Below are positions 1 to 12,607 of a stretch of 64,000 bases of DNA, piece by piece. Position 1 is the first letter of the stretch. Each line of letters opens with the position of its first letter. The stretch is taken from positions 62,001 through 126,000 of the forward strand of contig JALMLS010000573.1 in NCBI GenBank assembly GCA_038496445.1, read 5' to 3'. Source of the DNA: Trichosphaerium sp. ATCC 40318. Lineage: Eukaryota > Protista > Tubulinea. The notes under the pieces were generated by a model. It did no database searches. It was not told the origin of the DNA and saw nothing but the letters and a program-made list of their open reading frames with translations. The translations under genes and the position numbers were made by a program.

Positions 1-2144
1 ACCACCGGGAACATCAATTTCAAAATGAATGGTTATCTTAGAGCTCATGGTAATACCACACATAGTGTTGAAATAATCGGAAAGAATATAAGAAGGACAA
101 CGCTTGGTGATGATTATACATTTAGCAATGCAATCAATATCCAATACGGAGATCTTTCAAACTTGGCTTTCTTCACACGAAGTACAAAGGTTAACAATAT
201 CAAATGCGAAGACGTTAATATTATAGTTAACGCACCTGTCGAAGACGGATACAGTTTTGTTCAAATGAGAGAATCAACTATAAGCTATACCTCCAAGGAA
301 CTTATACTTTTTGATGATAGTACTTTCTTCAACACCCAGATACTTCCTATTTTTTATCATTACGATAAACCTTCAATAGTGTTCCGCAGCAGTATCTTCT
401 CAACTGATGATTCTTTTAAAATACAAGCTCATCCTATCCTCGCTTCTGTTTACCTCTCTAAAAGTACATGGAACACAAAAGGTATTGGAAAGAATATTAT
501 TATCTCTCATGCTATTCACTCAAACATAACAATAAACAGTCCACGTGATAAACACAACGCTATGACGATATACCCAATCGAAATAACTTTTTCAACGTTC
601 ACAGTAACTAATACAGATATAACCATTCAATTCTGTATTCTACCATCACGTGACAATGGTTGTGATTACTGTGGACTCGATTTTAGCTATAACACTTTGG
701 ATGCCGATAAACGCTCATCAATATCCATCTTTAAAAAGAAAGTCAGTCTGAGCGAAGTTTCTGATAATATTCTTGTTTCATCCAATATATTCTTGTACAA
801 TTCATTAGGAGTTATGTCATTCAACAACACTTTTTCGCCTTCACGTGATGATAGTACGAATAACGGAGTATTGACATTTACTGGGATCTTGTACCAAAGC
901 AGAATCAACAATATGAAGGTAAACATACAAGGATCAATAGAACAATCTTCTTTGTTAAACTCTACAATTAACTTGATAGATGCGGTCAATGCATACTTAG
1001 GAAGTAATTATTGGGGTACAACAAACTTGACAGATATCAAATCAAGAGTTTGTGACGTACACTGTAACGCTTCAAAAGGGTTGGCTACTTTCGAACCTAT
1101 ACTTTCACTTCCTTACATGTCTCCTGTTACCCCTTCCCCTCGAGCTCCTACAACAACACCATCGCCAACAACAATCCCTGCTGTACCAAGTGCTGTACCA
1201 CCTACAGAATCGCCTCCATATCATTCGCCGAATACAAATACAACAGCTCCAACATATAACACAACAGCTCCTACAACACCAGGTCCAACAACAATTCCTG
1301 CTGTACCAAGTGCTGTACCACCTACAGAATCGCCGCCATATCATTCGCCGAATACAAATACAACAGCGCCAACATACAACACAACAGCTCCTACAACACC
1401 AGGCCAACAACAATTCCTTCTGTACCAAGTGCTGTACCACCTACGGAATCGCCTCCATTTCATTCGCCGAATACAAATACAACAGCGCCGACATACAACA
1501 CAACAGCTCCTACAACAATACCGTCTGTTCCAAGTGCTGTACCACCTACGGAATCGCCTCCATATTATTCACCGAACACAAATACAACAGCTCCAACATA
1601 CAATACCACAGCACCAACTGAGGCACCATATTACAACACTACGGCCCCTACAACACCTACAAGTACGCCTGCGAGGCAACCCATAACTCGTGCGTCCTTA
1701 TTGTTTAGATGACTAATACTAACCTACACCACAGCGCCAACATCAACACAGCCACCTGCTAAACCACATCCTCCAGCCATCGCACCGTCACTTCCTCCAT
1801 TTGCTCCACCGAGCACATCCCCGCCCACACATTCCTCTCCACCAAATGTGAATCCTGGCACACCAACAACAATAGTACCATCGTTTAGTCCCACACATTC
1901 TCCTCCACCTACTGTGAATCCTGGCATACCTACAACAACGGAACCTTCGTTTAGTCCCACGAAAAAACCCACGATCACTCCAACTTCAGCTACAACAAAA
2001 TCTGGTCATTCTGGTTTAGTGCTTGGATTAGTAGCTGGTATTTTGTCTCTGATTATAGTAGTACTTGGTATTGTCGTTGCTATACTTATTTTCAAGTTAT
2101 CAAAAGGGAGACAAACAGGAGAGGAGTTCCAAGGTTTGATTTGA
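1..2144 (+). CDS. Type I membrane surface protein (probably 5'-partial): beta-helix-like ectodomain, Pro/Thr stalk, TM helix, short tail; 1-nt frameshift at ~1404
   Basis: Open frame from the window start; motif NYWGTTNLTDIKSRVCD..GLATFEPIL; PT repeats; intron ~1690-1734 (GTGCGT..CAG); hydrophobic GLVLGLVAGILSLIIVVLGIVVAILIF before TGA at 2144. Confidence 0.7.
1165..1620 (+). repeat. ~120-bp coding tandem repeat (PTTIPAVPSAVPPTESPPYHSPNTNTTAPTYNTTAPTTPG), ~4 units
   Basis: Units begin near 1165, 1285, 1404 and 1510. Confidence 0.9.
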
Positions 2145-2587
2145 TGGCACTTTGAAATGATTGTCAAATAAATATATCATATACTCTGCCTCAGCTTTTT
2201 CTGTCTCTACACTTTTTACTCATTTTTGCTTTCTATTTGTATATTTTAGATCACGTGCCACCGATACACAGCACGTGAACGTTTTGCATTCTGTGATGTT
2301 CTGAAAAAGTAAGTTGTAAAATGTTTCAAAGTGAATTCTAGAATTCTCTTTGACAGCGACAGTCAGAGCGTTTAGCTAGAGTATAGAACAACGAGGCGTA
2401 TAACATACTGTAGCATAAATAACCTTTCGTAAACTCACTTGCGTTGTTTAGTTGTTTGAGCCCAAACCTAGCTTGTGAGGTTGCATCTCGATATCTAAAA
2501 ATACATCACAAAGAAAGGCAACGACTGCCATAGTTATCATTACCATACAAGGACCATAACAACTCAGAAACAGTATATACATACGTA

Positions 2588-3493
2588 ATGCTTTCAAATA
2601 CTAAGAGGATAGGCAATAACCAAACTGTGACAACTTGCACACTCATCGAACTACCAATTGAAATGATAGTTTATATTTTTGACTTTGTAACCTCTACTGC
2701 AAACGTATCTACAGTTTCCCGTCTTTTTCGAGATATTGTGGATAAATACGTCGGTTACAACGATATTTTCATTACAAATGAAGAACAGTTTGCCATGTTG
2801 TGTGGTGGACCTTTACTGAAGAACACAGCAATCCATGTTAAGATGCAATGTGTCAAACCTGAATTGTTTCGCTTTCTTGAAGGTGTACATACCATTTCCT
2901 TATGGGGTTGTAAGGAGGGTGTTATAGACGAATGTATAGCACCTTTAGCCGGAGTACACACTATTGATATTCATCATACAAATATAACAGATAGAGCACT
3001 AAAGATTTTGGTTGGAGTACATACAATAAGCGTGGCACAATGTAAAAACCTTACAGATGATGGTATTAAGTCTCTTGCCGGTGTACATTCTATTGACTTG
3101 ACAGGTACTAAAGTAACAGATAATGGTTTAAAGGCATTGGCGGGAGTACACACAATTGATTTATCAAATTGCCGGAGAGTTACAGATGAAGGAGTCAAAG
3201 CTTTAGCAGGAGTACACACAATCAACTTGTGGAATTGTAAAAAAGTCACAGATGAAGGGTTCAAGGCTCTTTCTGGAGCTTACAATATTGGTTTATCTAG
3301 TACAAATGTAACAGACGATGGCCTGAAGGCGTTGGTAGGAGTACACACTATAAGTATAGCGTACTGTGACGCAGTTACTGATAAAGGAATTAACGCTCTG
3401 TCAAGCTCACATAGTATTCTATTATCAGAAACGATGGTGACAGGATGTTTAAAGGAATTTGATGAGTCTGAAACCATTTATTACTTCATCTGA
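2588..3493 (+). CDS. Intronless F-box/leucine-rich repeat protein
   Basis: F-box-like LIELPIEMIVYIFDFV..VSRLFRDIV followed by ~9 GVHTIxLxxCxxVTDxGxKAL repeats. Confidence 0.85.
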   Translation: MLSNTKRIGNNQTVTTCTLIELPIEMIVYIFDFVTSTANVSTVSRLFRDIVDKYVGYNDIFITNEEQFAMLCGGPLLKNTAIHVKMQCVKPELFRFLEGVHTISLWGCKEGVIDECIAPLAGVHTIDIHHTNITDRALKILVGVHTISVAQCKNLTDDGIKSLAGVHSIDLTGTKVTDNGLKALAGVHTIDLSNCRRVTDEGVKALAGVHTINLWNCKKVTDEGFKALSGAYNIGLSSTNVTDDGLKALVGVHTISIAYCDAVTDKGINALSSSHSILLSETMVTGCLKEFDESETIYYFI

Positions 3494-3714
3494 AAATGTT
3501 GTGCTTTACAAAACATGTCCTTGTAACAAAGTATGGTTAATTGCCAGTTTATCTTGTGACGTTTGCTAACTTGAGTGTAAGAAAAATAAATGTTCATACT
3601 TGTAATACAAGTGAAGCAGGATTTGATTAATAGAACAAAAAAAAAAAATGAGGCTGACTTTCTTTGAACAACACCAACATAGTTGGGGTTTTTTTTTTCT
3701 TTTTATTACTCTAA

Positions 3715-4849
3715 CTACTTTACATATTTGTTCAAGAATCGTTTGTGAAAGTCATTACGAATAGTATCATTAATAAATCTTTTCTTTTTACGATCTGGTT
3801 CACCACGTGTTTGGTTTTTAAATACGACTTGCTCATACCACCTAAAAACAGTTATTAGCCACAGAAAGAGGCGTACAGAAAAAAAATTGAGATGTAAGTC
3901 AAATATGTGGGAGTTCAGATAACGTCAACTGACAGCACAGAGCAAAAAAACTAGTCTGGCTGTTTGCGATTTTCTCCGTTAGATGTTTTGATAAGCGTAC
4001 TTTTTCTTTACTGTAGCATCACCACCTTGGGAGGCGAGTAGAGGATTACCACTCATTGTTTGTTCTTGGTCACGTTCCATCTCTTCTTCTGCCTCTTCTT
4101 TTTTTCTCCTTTTGGCATCAACTTCTCTTTCTGCCTTAATACGCTCCAACTCTCTAATGAGTTCTGCGTTCTCATTCTCATCACTTAATAAATAATAAGC
4201 AAAGATCCATAAGAGCAACTTTTGAAACGATTTTGTCACGTGTGTTAGCACGAGAACGACAAACTAAAAAAAAGGGAATTTTCTCAAAGAAATGTAACTA
4301 GTTTACGCGTGCAAGCTCTGCGTAGAGGATTAAAAACGTATGGGTTCACTGAAATAACGTACTCTGAGTCAAAAGACGATTCATCGTCGGAATCAGAGTC
4401 GTCTCTGTCAAGAGCAGCATATTCATTTTCTTTAATGTCGTCAAGCTTTCTCTTGGTACCTCTGCCATCTTCAAGGAGATTACCAGGTGTTTTATTCTGT
4501 TCAAGCATTTTAACATCTAGGTAATTGATTAACGCCTAATTAACGCCGTGTAGCATTACCATCTAGTTTGCCTATTTTTTCAAGATGTATTCGTTCTCTG
4601 GCGTCTAATTCACTTTTAAGATCCCTTTCGGCGATTTCGTCGGTCGTGGTTTGGCCTGGCTGCCTTTGGCGGTTTATTTAATACAAATCGCCGGTATTTT
4701 AATAATATTAACGTTTAGTACCTCATTTTTAATTTAGTAAAGCCAGGTATATCCCTGGCGTGCATGGTGCGTGAAGCAACAATACTGCGACCTCCACGGT
4801 CATCATGACCGCGAGCTGGGTTCCAAGTAGGCTTATGAGCAGTGGTCAT
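3715..4849 (-). CDS. CWC15: Pre-mRNA splicing factor Cwc15 (multi-exon)
   Basis: N-terminus MTTAHKPTWNPARG..HARDIPGFTKLKMR; ELIRELERIKAER; C-terminus VVFKNQTRGEP..RFINDTIRNDFHKRFLNKYVK*. Confidence 0.95.
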
Positions 4850-4983
4850 AGTAAATTAGCCTTATTCGTTGGCGAAACTGCAATGCAAAATCTACCAGAG
4901 TTGAATTGCAACGACGCTAAATTGTGCCTGTCATTTTGTTCCGCTTTCGTTTGTGGGTTCAACCACCTGTCATAGAAGTACTT

Positions 4984-6506
4984 ATGCTACCAGGGAGTAT
5001 ACGAATATGTAGAGCCTCGGCAAGAACGACTAGAGTATGTACCGCAATTTATAGGTCAAAGAAGACGCTGGCAATACGTAATAGTGTATGCCGTCCTGTA
5101 ATTCGCGATTTTGCCAGTGAGGCAGTTTCATCTACCCAAAGTACCTTAAAACTAATTTCTATAGTCGTTAACGCACTTTTAGATATACTGGATGAATATT
5201 ACAGTGTTTTAGAACAACCTGGGCTTGAAAAAGATTATTCAAACAAATACGTTTCTAGTATGAAGAAAATACAAAATTACGATATTGCGCTCACTGAAAT
5301 ACAAAGACTGAAGCGTATTACTACCCCAGACAAGAATGCCTATGGTTTGGTAATATCACTGGCAACACATTCAGACGGTGAATCGTGTATGTCGTTGTAT
5401 ACTGATATGGTTAAAGCAGGTACTTTAACAAAATTTTTTTGACACATTGCGTTTTTTATTTTTTGACACTTTATTTTCGGAAGGTCATGTTCCGTCACGT
5501 CAAATATTCGCTATGCTCCTTAGTTTCTGTATAAAAGATAATGATATCAATAGATCATTACAAATACTAGAAGATATGCATAAGCTTGGTGTGAAACCAC
5601 ATTTATTGGTAGTGAAGGCTTGTAAAACACTTTTTGATATGGCGTTAAAACATAATAGTATAAACGAAATTGAGTCTCTTTTGTCAATCACAAGAAAATT
5701 AAAACTCTCAGCAGCTAGTACAGAAGTATATAATCTATTGATTGGTACATATGTAAGAGGAGATCTAGAACTTGCTATGAAGTTATTCACGCAAATGAAG
5801 CAAGAAAAAATCAAACCTGATGAGAAGACATATTCTTTACTTTTAAATTCAGTTGTTTCTCATCCGCGATTTCTTCGTGGGTCTTACTACCAAGAACTTT
5901 CAAATGAGATTACAGCTGATATGAAAGCACAAGGTATTAAACCTGGTGCTGCAATTTTTTGTACACTAGCAGAGTTTTATGGCTTAAAAGGGTGCGATGA
6001 ATGTGATATTCTTTTTTTTTTTCATTTTTTACTTGTTATCTTTGTTTGGCTTTGTGTTACTTTCAACATGTTTAGTAATATTTTTTTAGGAATCTCAGCA
6101 TGGCGTTTAAGCTTGTTGAGCATATGAAGAATATGTCAATCCCTCTTCAACACGATTTTTTTGTAAAACTTTTTCGAGTTTGTACCAAAAGTAGAAAATG
6201 GATTCAAGCTTGTAAGGCATACGAGTTAATGGTAGAAGTACGATCTAATAATTTTAAGAACATCATAAAATACTTCAATCTAAATTAAGCTCCTGATATT
6301 TTGATTACTAGGAAGGCCTACGTCCAAACTTGATGCTGAGAAAAGATATCATTAAAATGGTTGCAAAAGTTAATGTTGATAGGGAAACTCTTGCTCATAT
6401 ACAACACGTGAAAGGTAGTCCTGATATGGTATTGACTCAAGAACAAACAGAAGAGCTTAATGATGTTATCTACGCTGTAAAATCTCATCTTCAGAGTAAA
6501 CGATAA
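4984..6506 (+). CDS. Pentatricopeptide-repeat protein, probably mitochondrial
   Basis: Arg-rich presequence; PPR motifs such as VYNLLIGTYVRGDLELAMKLFTQMKQEKIKPDEKTYSLLLN; divergent from CWC15 across ~135 bp. Confidence 0.85.
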
Positions 6507-6957
6507 AAGAGACAAAAAATAGTTTTGACGTCATCAAAAAAATTGACAAAAAAATGGTTGCAGATGACTGTTACGTTGTAAATACCGTACACATCGTTAT
6601 TGACGCAATGTACTTGTTAAAGTGCATTACTGACGCATGAGGAGTGATTGGATAGAAGTTGTGCGACAACAACACCGTTTTTGTAATTTTAGTGAAAAAC
6701 AGTTGGTTAAGACAGTCAAGGATATGATAATCGGTAGGTAACATCACTTGAAAGCGTTAAGTGTTTTACCTGTATTTTCAAAATACCAAAACGCTTCCAT
6801 AACGACTAAATAGTAGCTGTTGTTAATTACAAGCGTCGGTTGTTTTGCTTAAGCGCGTTTCCCATTAATTTAGGATTCGTCAGGTTCTAGGCAAAAAAGT
6901 TGAGGTATTCGCAGTTCAACCTCGTTCCACGCGCAGCTCATCTCAATTTTTCTGACA

Positions 6958-9900
6958 ATGTCAGCTTCCTCAAGACCTCGTAAACGTTATAAGAGTGTAA
7001 CAGCAGTAGCTTGTCTTGTTTGTAGACAAAAACATGAAAAATGCGATGGCGGTGAGCCTTGTAGTTTGTGTGCACGCCTAGGAAAAGATTGCGTGTATAT
7101 CCAGCCAAAGAAGCGTGGACCACGAAAAGGTTCAGTTTTTTACATTAATTGTTATTTGTGGTGTAACGTTTTTATGCACCCTATACAGCGATTTGAGTTG
7201 TACCAACTGACATTTTGACACAATAGGTTTCCGTAAAAAACTTGATGAACGCCTAAATGACCTAGAAACAGCACTAAGGCAACAAACAGAGACAACAGAA
7301 AGGTTTAGACAGCAAGTGCGCGAATTACAGACATCTCAGGCCAAATCGCTTACAACAACGCCACGAAACGCAATAACTAACATAACAGCTTCAACTGACC
7401 TCACATCGCAATTGGTACGTCACACTCATCAGTTACAAAACGCTATTAGCATCGATTCCCTTCTAAACAATACCAACGGGATCTAGTTTTTGTCCAAAAC
7501 ACCGCAATTTAGAAAAAGGGCAAATTAACTACCCGCGATTGTACTTTAAACTGATTCAACCTATTAGCTCGCGTCAACAAGTGTTAATCTATCATTCTAC
7601 ACGCAAATTTTCCACAAATTCCATAGTCCGTTTACACAACTAATCAGAAATAATATTGGAGATTACAGCGAGTTTCTATCACAAAAACCATGGGACTATT
7701 TACGTAAACTGCGTACGTTTTTTTTTTTTCTCTTTGTCTTTTTCGGACAAAACAAGAAGTTTTGATGAGTACTTCCTTACCAACCACACCTTCAATATGT
7801 GCTACCACTATTCTCTTTATTACACTTTATTGGGTATTGCAAGCAACTCCTATCCTTCGTGTAATAACGTGGATATGATTGGAGAAAACAACTCGTCGAC
7901 GAACTTTTTTTTTATGTCCTCCTTGGCTTTTTTTTGTTGACAAGTTGTTTGTTGACTTCCTTTAGCTACTTTGGAGCTTCTTAAACTGTATTCTATATGT
8001 ACATGGAGCGCTATGCATGTAGGACATTTTGACCAAGGTAAACGATTTGCTTCTATATCACAGGCGCTAGCAAAAGGTTTATACGATCAACCACAAGTTG
8101 ACACAGCAGGTACATTTTTTTAATCTCGTTTTATTTTATTTTTTAGTGAAATTTCTGCCAAATCTATCAATAAGGGCAAATATCCGGTCACGTGATAGAT
8201 TCTTATATTGTTAAGAATATTGCTCCGGTATACCCGTACCCGATCTCTTTTTTGTACAAGTAGTTCGCTTACTGACTTATTGTTACAATAGCTTGTTTTA
8301 TGCTTCTTTCTGCGTATTATGCAGTTGCCGCGGAAATTCGAACATCTCATTTTTACGCGTCTACTACTGTAAATCATCTTGAACATGTTATGGCTTACAA
8401 CAATGGAGGTATGTGGGTATTACTGGGAGTGATTTTTTTGACTGTGGTTTTAGATAATGATAGTGTTAAAGCTTTTTTGATGATTGCAAAACTACATAAG
8501 ATTCAGTTCGGAAGTATCAGTTCACAGCTTGTTTCAATGCAAGTTATAATTGAAGAGCTTTTGGGATGTTATTATACACTATCAAAAGAGTGTAAGATGA
8601 CTCTTGCAGAGATTTTGATAGAACGGGTTGTCGTGCAGGTCCGTGAGATTATTTTCAATGATTTTTTCTCTTCAGTGATTTTACCCAGTATCACGTTATC
8701 TTTTTTCGTTGAAAAATACCTTTGGGCGGGATTAGTTCTTGTATTTATAGTTTTTAGTGTGAAATGACGATGCAAAATAAGCTTCCTATGACAGAAGATA
8801 AAAAATCTGAGTGTGTGGTACGGTTTATTTGTAATGACTTTGTTTTTTTGCGCAAGTTTAAAAGTTTTTTTAAGTTAAACTTATCATTTTTTTCTCCCTT
8901 TAGCTTCACTTGTCTAAGGCCAGTGAAATTATTTCTGAGAGTAAGAAAGAAGCGTATGCGGATTTATTTGATTTACATGATTCCGCGGAAACTTTATACT
9001 TTCTTGTAACTGAACAGTTAGAGGCAGCACGCAACGTATGTTATTTTCTTTTTTCGAGTATTTTCTTTGTAGTTGTCAAAGTTTTTAATGGTTTCTGACT
9101 CGTTTTCAAGGGTGCTGACAAGATTCTGACTACAATGCAAGTTACAAAGAAGTATATGCATGACATTTCAAAAGTATTACAATTACGTAACTGCTGTTTT
9201 GTACGTACACTTCGAGGAGCTCTTTGTTTTTTCTTGCAATCGATATAATTTTTTTACCCTTCTTTTTTAACTTTGTTGAAGGTCTATATGGCTGTTAGAG
9301 ATCAAGAAAAGGAGTTAACGTGTATGAATATGATGGTAGAAATGGGAAAACGATGGCCTATTTTAAAAGCCGTGTCTGGTGTGCGTACACGATTAAATGG
9401 AACTCTAGAGTGTTTTTTTTTTGACTCAATTTTTTTTTGTTGTTCGTCTTGCTTATTGTTCACTTTTTAGACAATGAAAAAACTAAGAAAGGATAACAAA
9501 ACAGAGAATTATATGGAAACATTAACTCAGTTGTTCTTCTCGCCTTCAGGGCTAAGTGGCCTAGACAAATTCGTTTCGTATGCGTTTTTTCTAAAAACTA
9601 CTTTCTTGTTTGTATATTGTAGTATTTTACGCTGATGTATGTGTTTAGTGCCTACAAAGATGATCAAGCAAAAGTTGCAGGTAAAAAAAGAAAGCTTGAA
9701 GATATGGTGCCACAAGAAACGCATTCAACAGGTATGACTTTTTTGTTTGATTTTTTCTTCTTTTTTTCGTAGTCTTTGATTTTTCTCTTTCCTCTTTTGA
9801 TGGCTTTACTGACTAATTACTTTTTTAGATGCACGTGATGTTTTACCTCTTTGTCAAATAGAGAGTACTCCATCTCTTAATGGAAGCTCAGAGTATTACG

Positions 9901-10109
9901 ACATTGTCCAAGCTGATTCCAATGTCGCAAGTGTTGCGACAGATTGGAATATTAATTTAACACAGCCTCAAATAATGACTCCTGGAGGTGTTGGTAGTAA
10001 CTTTGATCAAATGATATTACCTTCACAATCTACAAACGAACTAGATATTATGGGTAGCCCTGATTTTTGGGTTGACATACCTCAAACAGGGCCACTTTGG
10101 TCTCCTTGA
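6958..10109 (+). CDS. Zn(II)2Cys6 (GAL4-type) transcription factor, multi-exon
   Basis: ACLVCRQKHEKCDGGEPCSLCARLGKDCVYIQPKKRGPRKG, then coiled coil, helical middle region and acidic C-terminus. Confidence 0.85.
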
Positions 10110-10596
10110 AAATAATACGAAAAAAAAACTAAGACGTATTGATAAAAAATTCCTTGTAAAATAACTGAAAAACTAAGACTGTAAATAATACACAATTGTG
10201 TGTAGTGTATCTTCTGTATTCCAAATTTTCGTATACAATAAACAAAAAAACTATACTGTAACTTGGTACTTAATTGTGCTTTCTTCTTTTCTTCTAATCT
10301 AAACCGATCCTAAGCATTTTTTTGTGTCGTTTTTTTATAAATGGTTGACTACCAAACCACTGCTCAACCTATTCATTCTCATGCCACCCTTTACACTCAC
10401 CTTTTACTTGAGTTGTCCATTTTCATACCAGGCTTTTGTTAAGCTGTCTAAGTAAGCTTCTGAAAAATATCATCAAGCTTTTTTGACAACAGTGTTGGTT
10501 CAGAGAAAGGTTTCAAAAAGTCGGATCCTGTTCACGATTTTAAAACGCATTGAAGCAGCTCTGGTTTCCTATTACTGCTGTAATAGCCTTATACTA

Positions 10597-12108
10597 ATGG
10601 TAGTACATGATTTTAATCGTTTTAATGCTAAATAGTGTATTTAGCGCTTGTTTAACCGTTCAATATCAAATCGTATTAGAATTACGCCTAAAACATACGT
10701 TACGCGAAGAAAATGCGTTAACGTTGTACGTGAGTACGCTTGGACGCAACAAAAGCAAAAAATCAAATTAAATTCACTAAACTCACTGAAACGCTTTCCA
10801 AACCGAGTAAATACACGATGGTACTGCGGAATAAATAAAAACAACGACCAAAATACAAGCAAAACGAAGACAGATAGCAACGACTTTGATTATTATTTTT
10901 CTGCCGCCAAATCCGCTTTTGAGTACTTTGTACCTACTGTTTACAAGGTAGATGAAGTACCTAACCCAATGGAAGTACGTATAATGTAATTGGTAATCTC
11001 CAGTATGAGTAATACGGATGACAGGAGCCAGAGAAAAATGGTAGCAGAAAAGTTAAATCTTGGGTTTCAAATCCAAATGACATTGTATCACAGCAGACTT
11101 GTAATATGGTTGATTCTGTTATTAATGGCTTGAAAGATATAAAGATAAATAATGATAAACACCCACAAGTTGCTTTAGCTATCATTTCTCAGATGCATAA
11201 AGAAGAAAACGAAACAGATATGAATACTGCACGTGACAAGTTTTTTTTTTTTTCCTATTTAGTTCATTAACAGTTTATGTTGCTTTAGATTGGAATGAAG
11301 TTTGCTTCTGACCTACATAATCTATGGGGCGTAGGGTATGTGTTAATAATATTTACTGACGTCGTATTTAAAGTCAAGGTAAGTTGATTTCTTTGAATAT
11401 TAGGTTTGAAGATTGTCATTCTGGTGTTTTATTTCTTATCTCGAAAAATGATAATGTGGCATACATATCAACAGGTAAAGATATTATGAATCTCATTACA
11501 GATGTAAACGCAAGAAAGATTATTGACCTAATAATACCACAATTGGAGAAAGGTAATGAAGTTTCTTTTAAAATTATTTCGCACTTGTATTGTTTCGTAA
11601 ATCTCTGAAACAACTTACAACAACACTTGCATTCAAGTGAACCAACTAAATTTACAAGTATTTTACTCTCTTTTTCATCATGTTCAAGTCATACCTATGA
11701 AAAGGAAATAGAAGGAGATTGATTTACCTTCTGTTTTAATAAGCAGCAAAATCTAACTTTTTTTAATAGGAAGCTATGATGAAGCTGTTCTTGAAGGAAC
11801 ACGTCTTATTAATGAAGCCCTTCGTGGTAGAGGAGTAAGAGGAATGACACCAAAAATGAAAGAGAAATTAAGGTTATGGGGAGGTTGGATTGGAGTAATA
11901 GGGTAAGTAGCTTGCAGAGCTGTTTTTTTTTTCTCCTCATTGTGGTTATAGGATACTGTCTGTTTTTCTATATCTCAATATTAATATTGGAAGTAATGGT
12001 AGTGCCAGTGGTGGTTTTGGAGGTGGATCTGCAACAGGTGGAGGAGGAGCTGTATGGAAAGGTTTATCCTTTTTTGGAAAGATACTAAAATTCATACCAC
12101 ATAAATGA
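10597..12108 (+). CDS. TPM-domain (DUF477/MOLO-1-like) protein with TM segment and Gly-rich tail
   Basis: WVSNPNDIVS..QVALAIISQM..FASDLHNLWGVG..GVLFLISKNDNVAYISTG..GGFGGGSATGGGGA; ATG at 10597 followed directly by an intron. Confidence 0.8.
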
Positions 12109-12607
12109 ACTTTGTCAAGTATAATCTATTTTATTTGTACGGTTATACTCACCAACTAAAACTGAGGCAAAGCTAACTTATATTCATATCGATAGAGAAA
12201 TGTTATAGAGAAATTTTACAAGAATACATGGATGAAATGCCAGACTCTCTAGATAAAGCGAAATCTTCTTGCTTACTACGAACAACAATCAATTTATATC
12301 GCCTCTAGTACTATGCCGTTAGACTCTGTGTCTCCTGATTAGTGGATTCACTGTGTTGTTAAATAATAAGCGTTGTTAGAAGCGTACAGACTATATCGTA
12401 TGTAAGAAAAATACAGGACAAACGTATTTTGGTCAAAAGTCAAAAATGGAGACATCTAAAATTAAGCTTGATTTTGAAATACGGAGTATGTGGGCACTCT
12501 TGTGTTATTTATGTTTCCTGGACTACTAAAAAATCCTGTCATTGTAGTGAAACATCACCAAAAAGAGTGAAACAGAATTTATTGTAAAAATTCAAGTGTT
12601 GAATACT

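Noticed and set aside
1105-1440. Cys/Trp/Arg-rich minus-strand ORF and Gln-rich alternative frames
   Set aside because: Shadows of the Pro/Thr repeat
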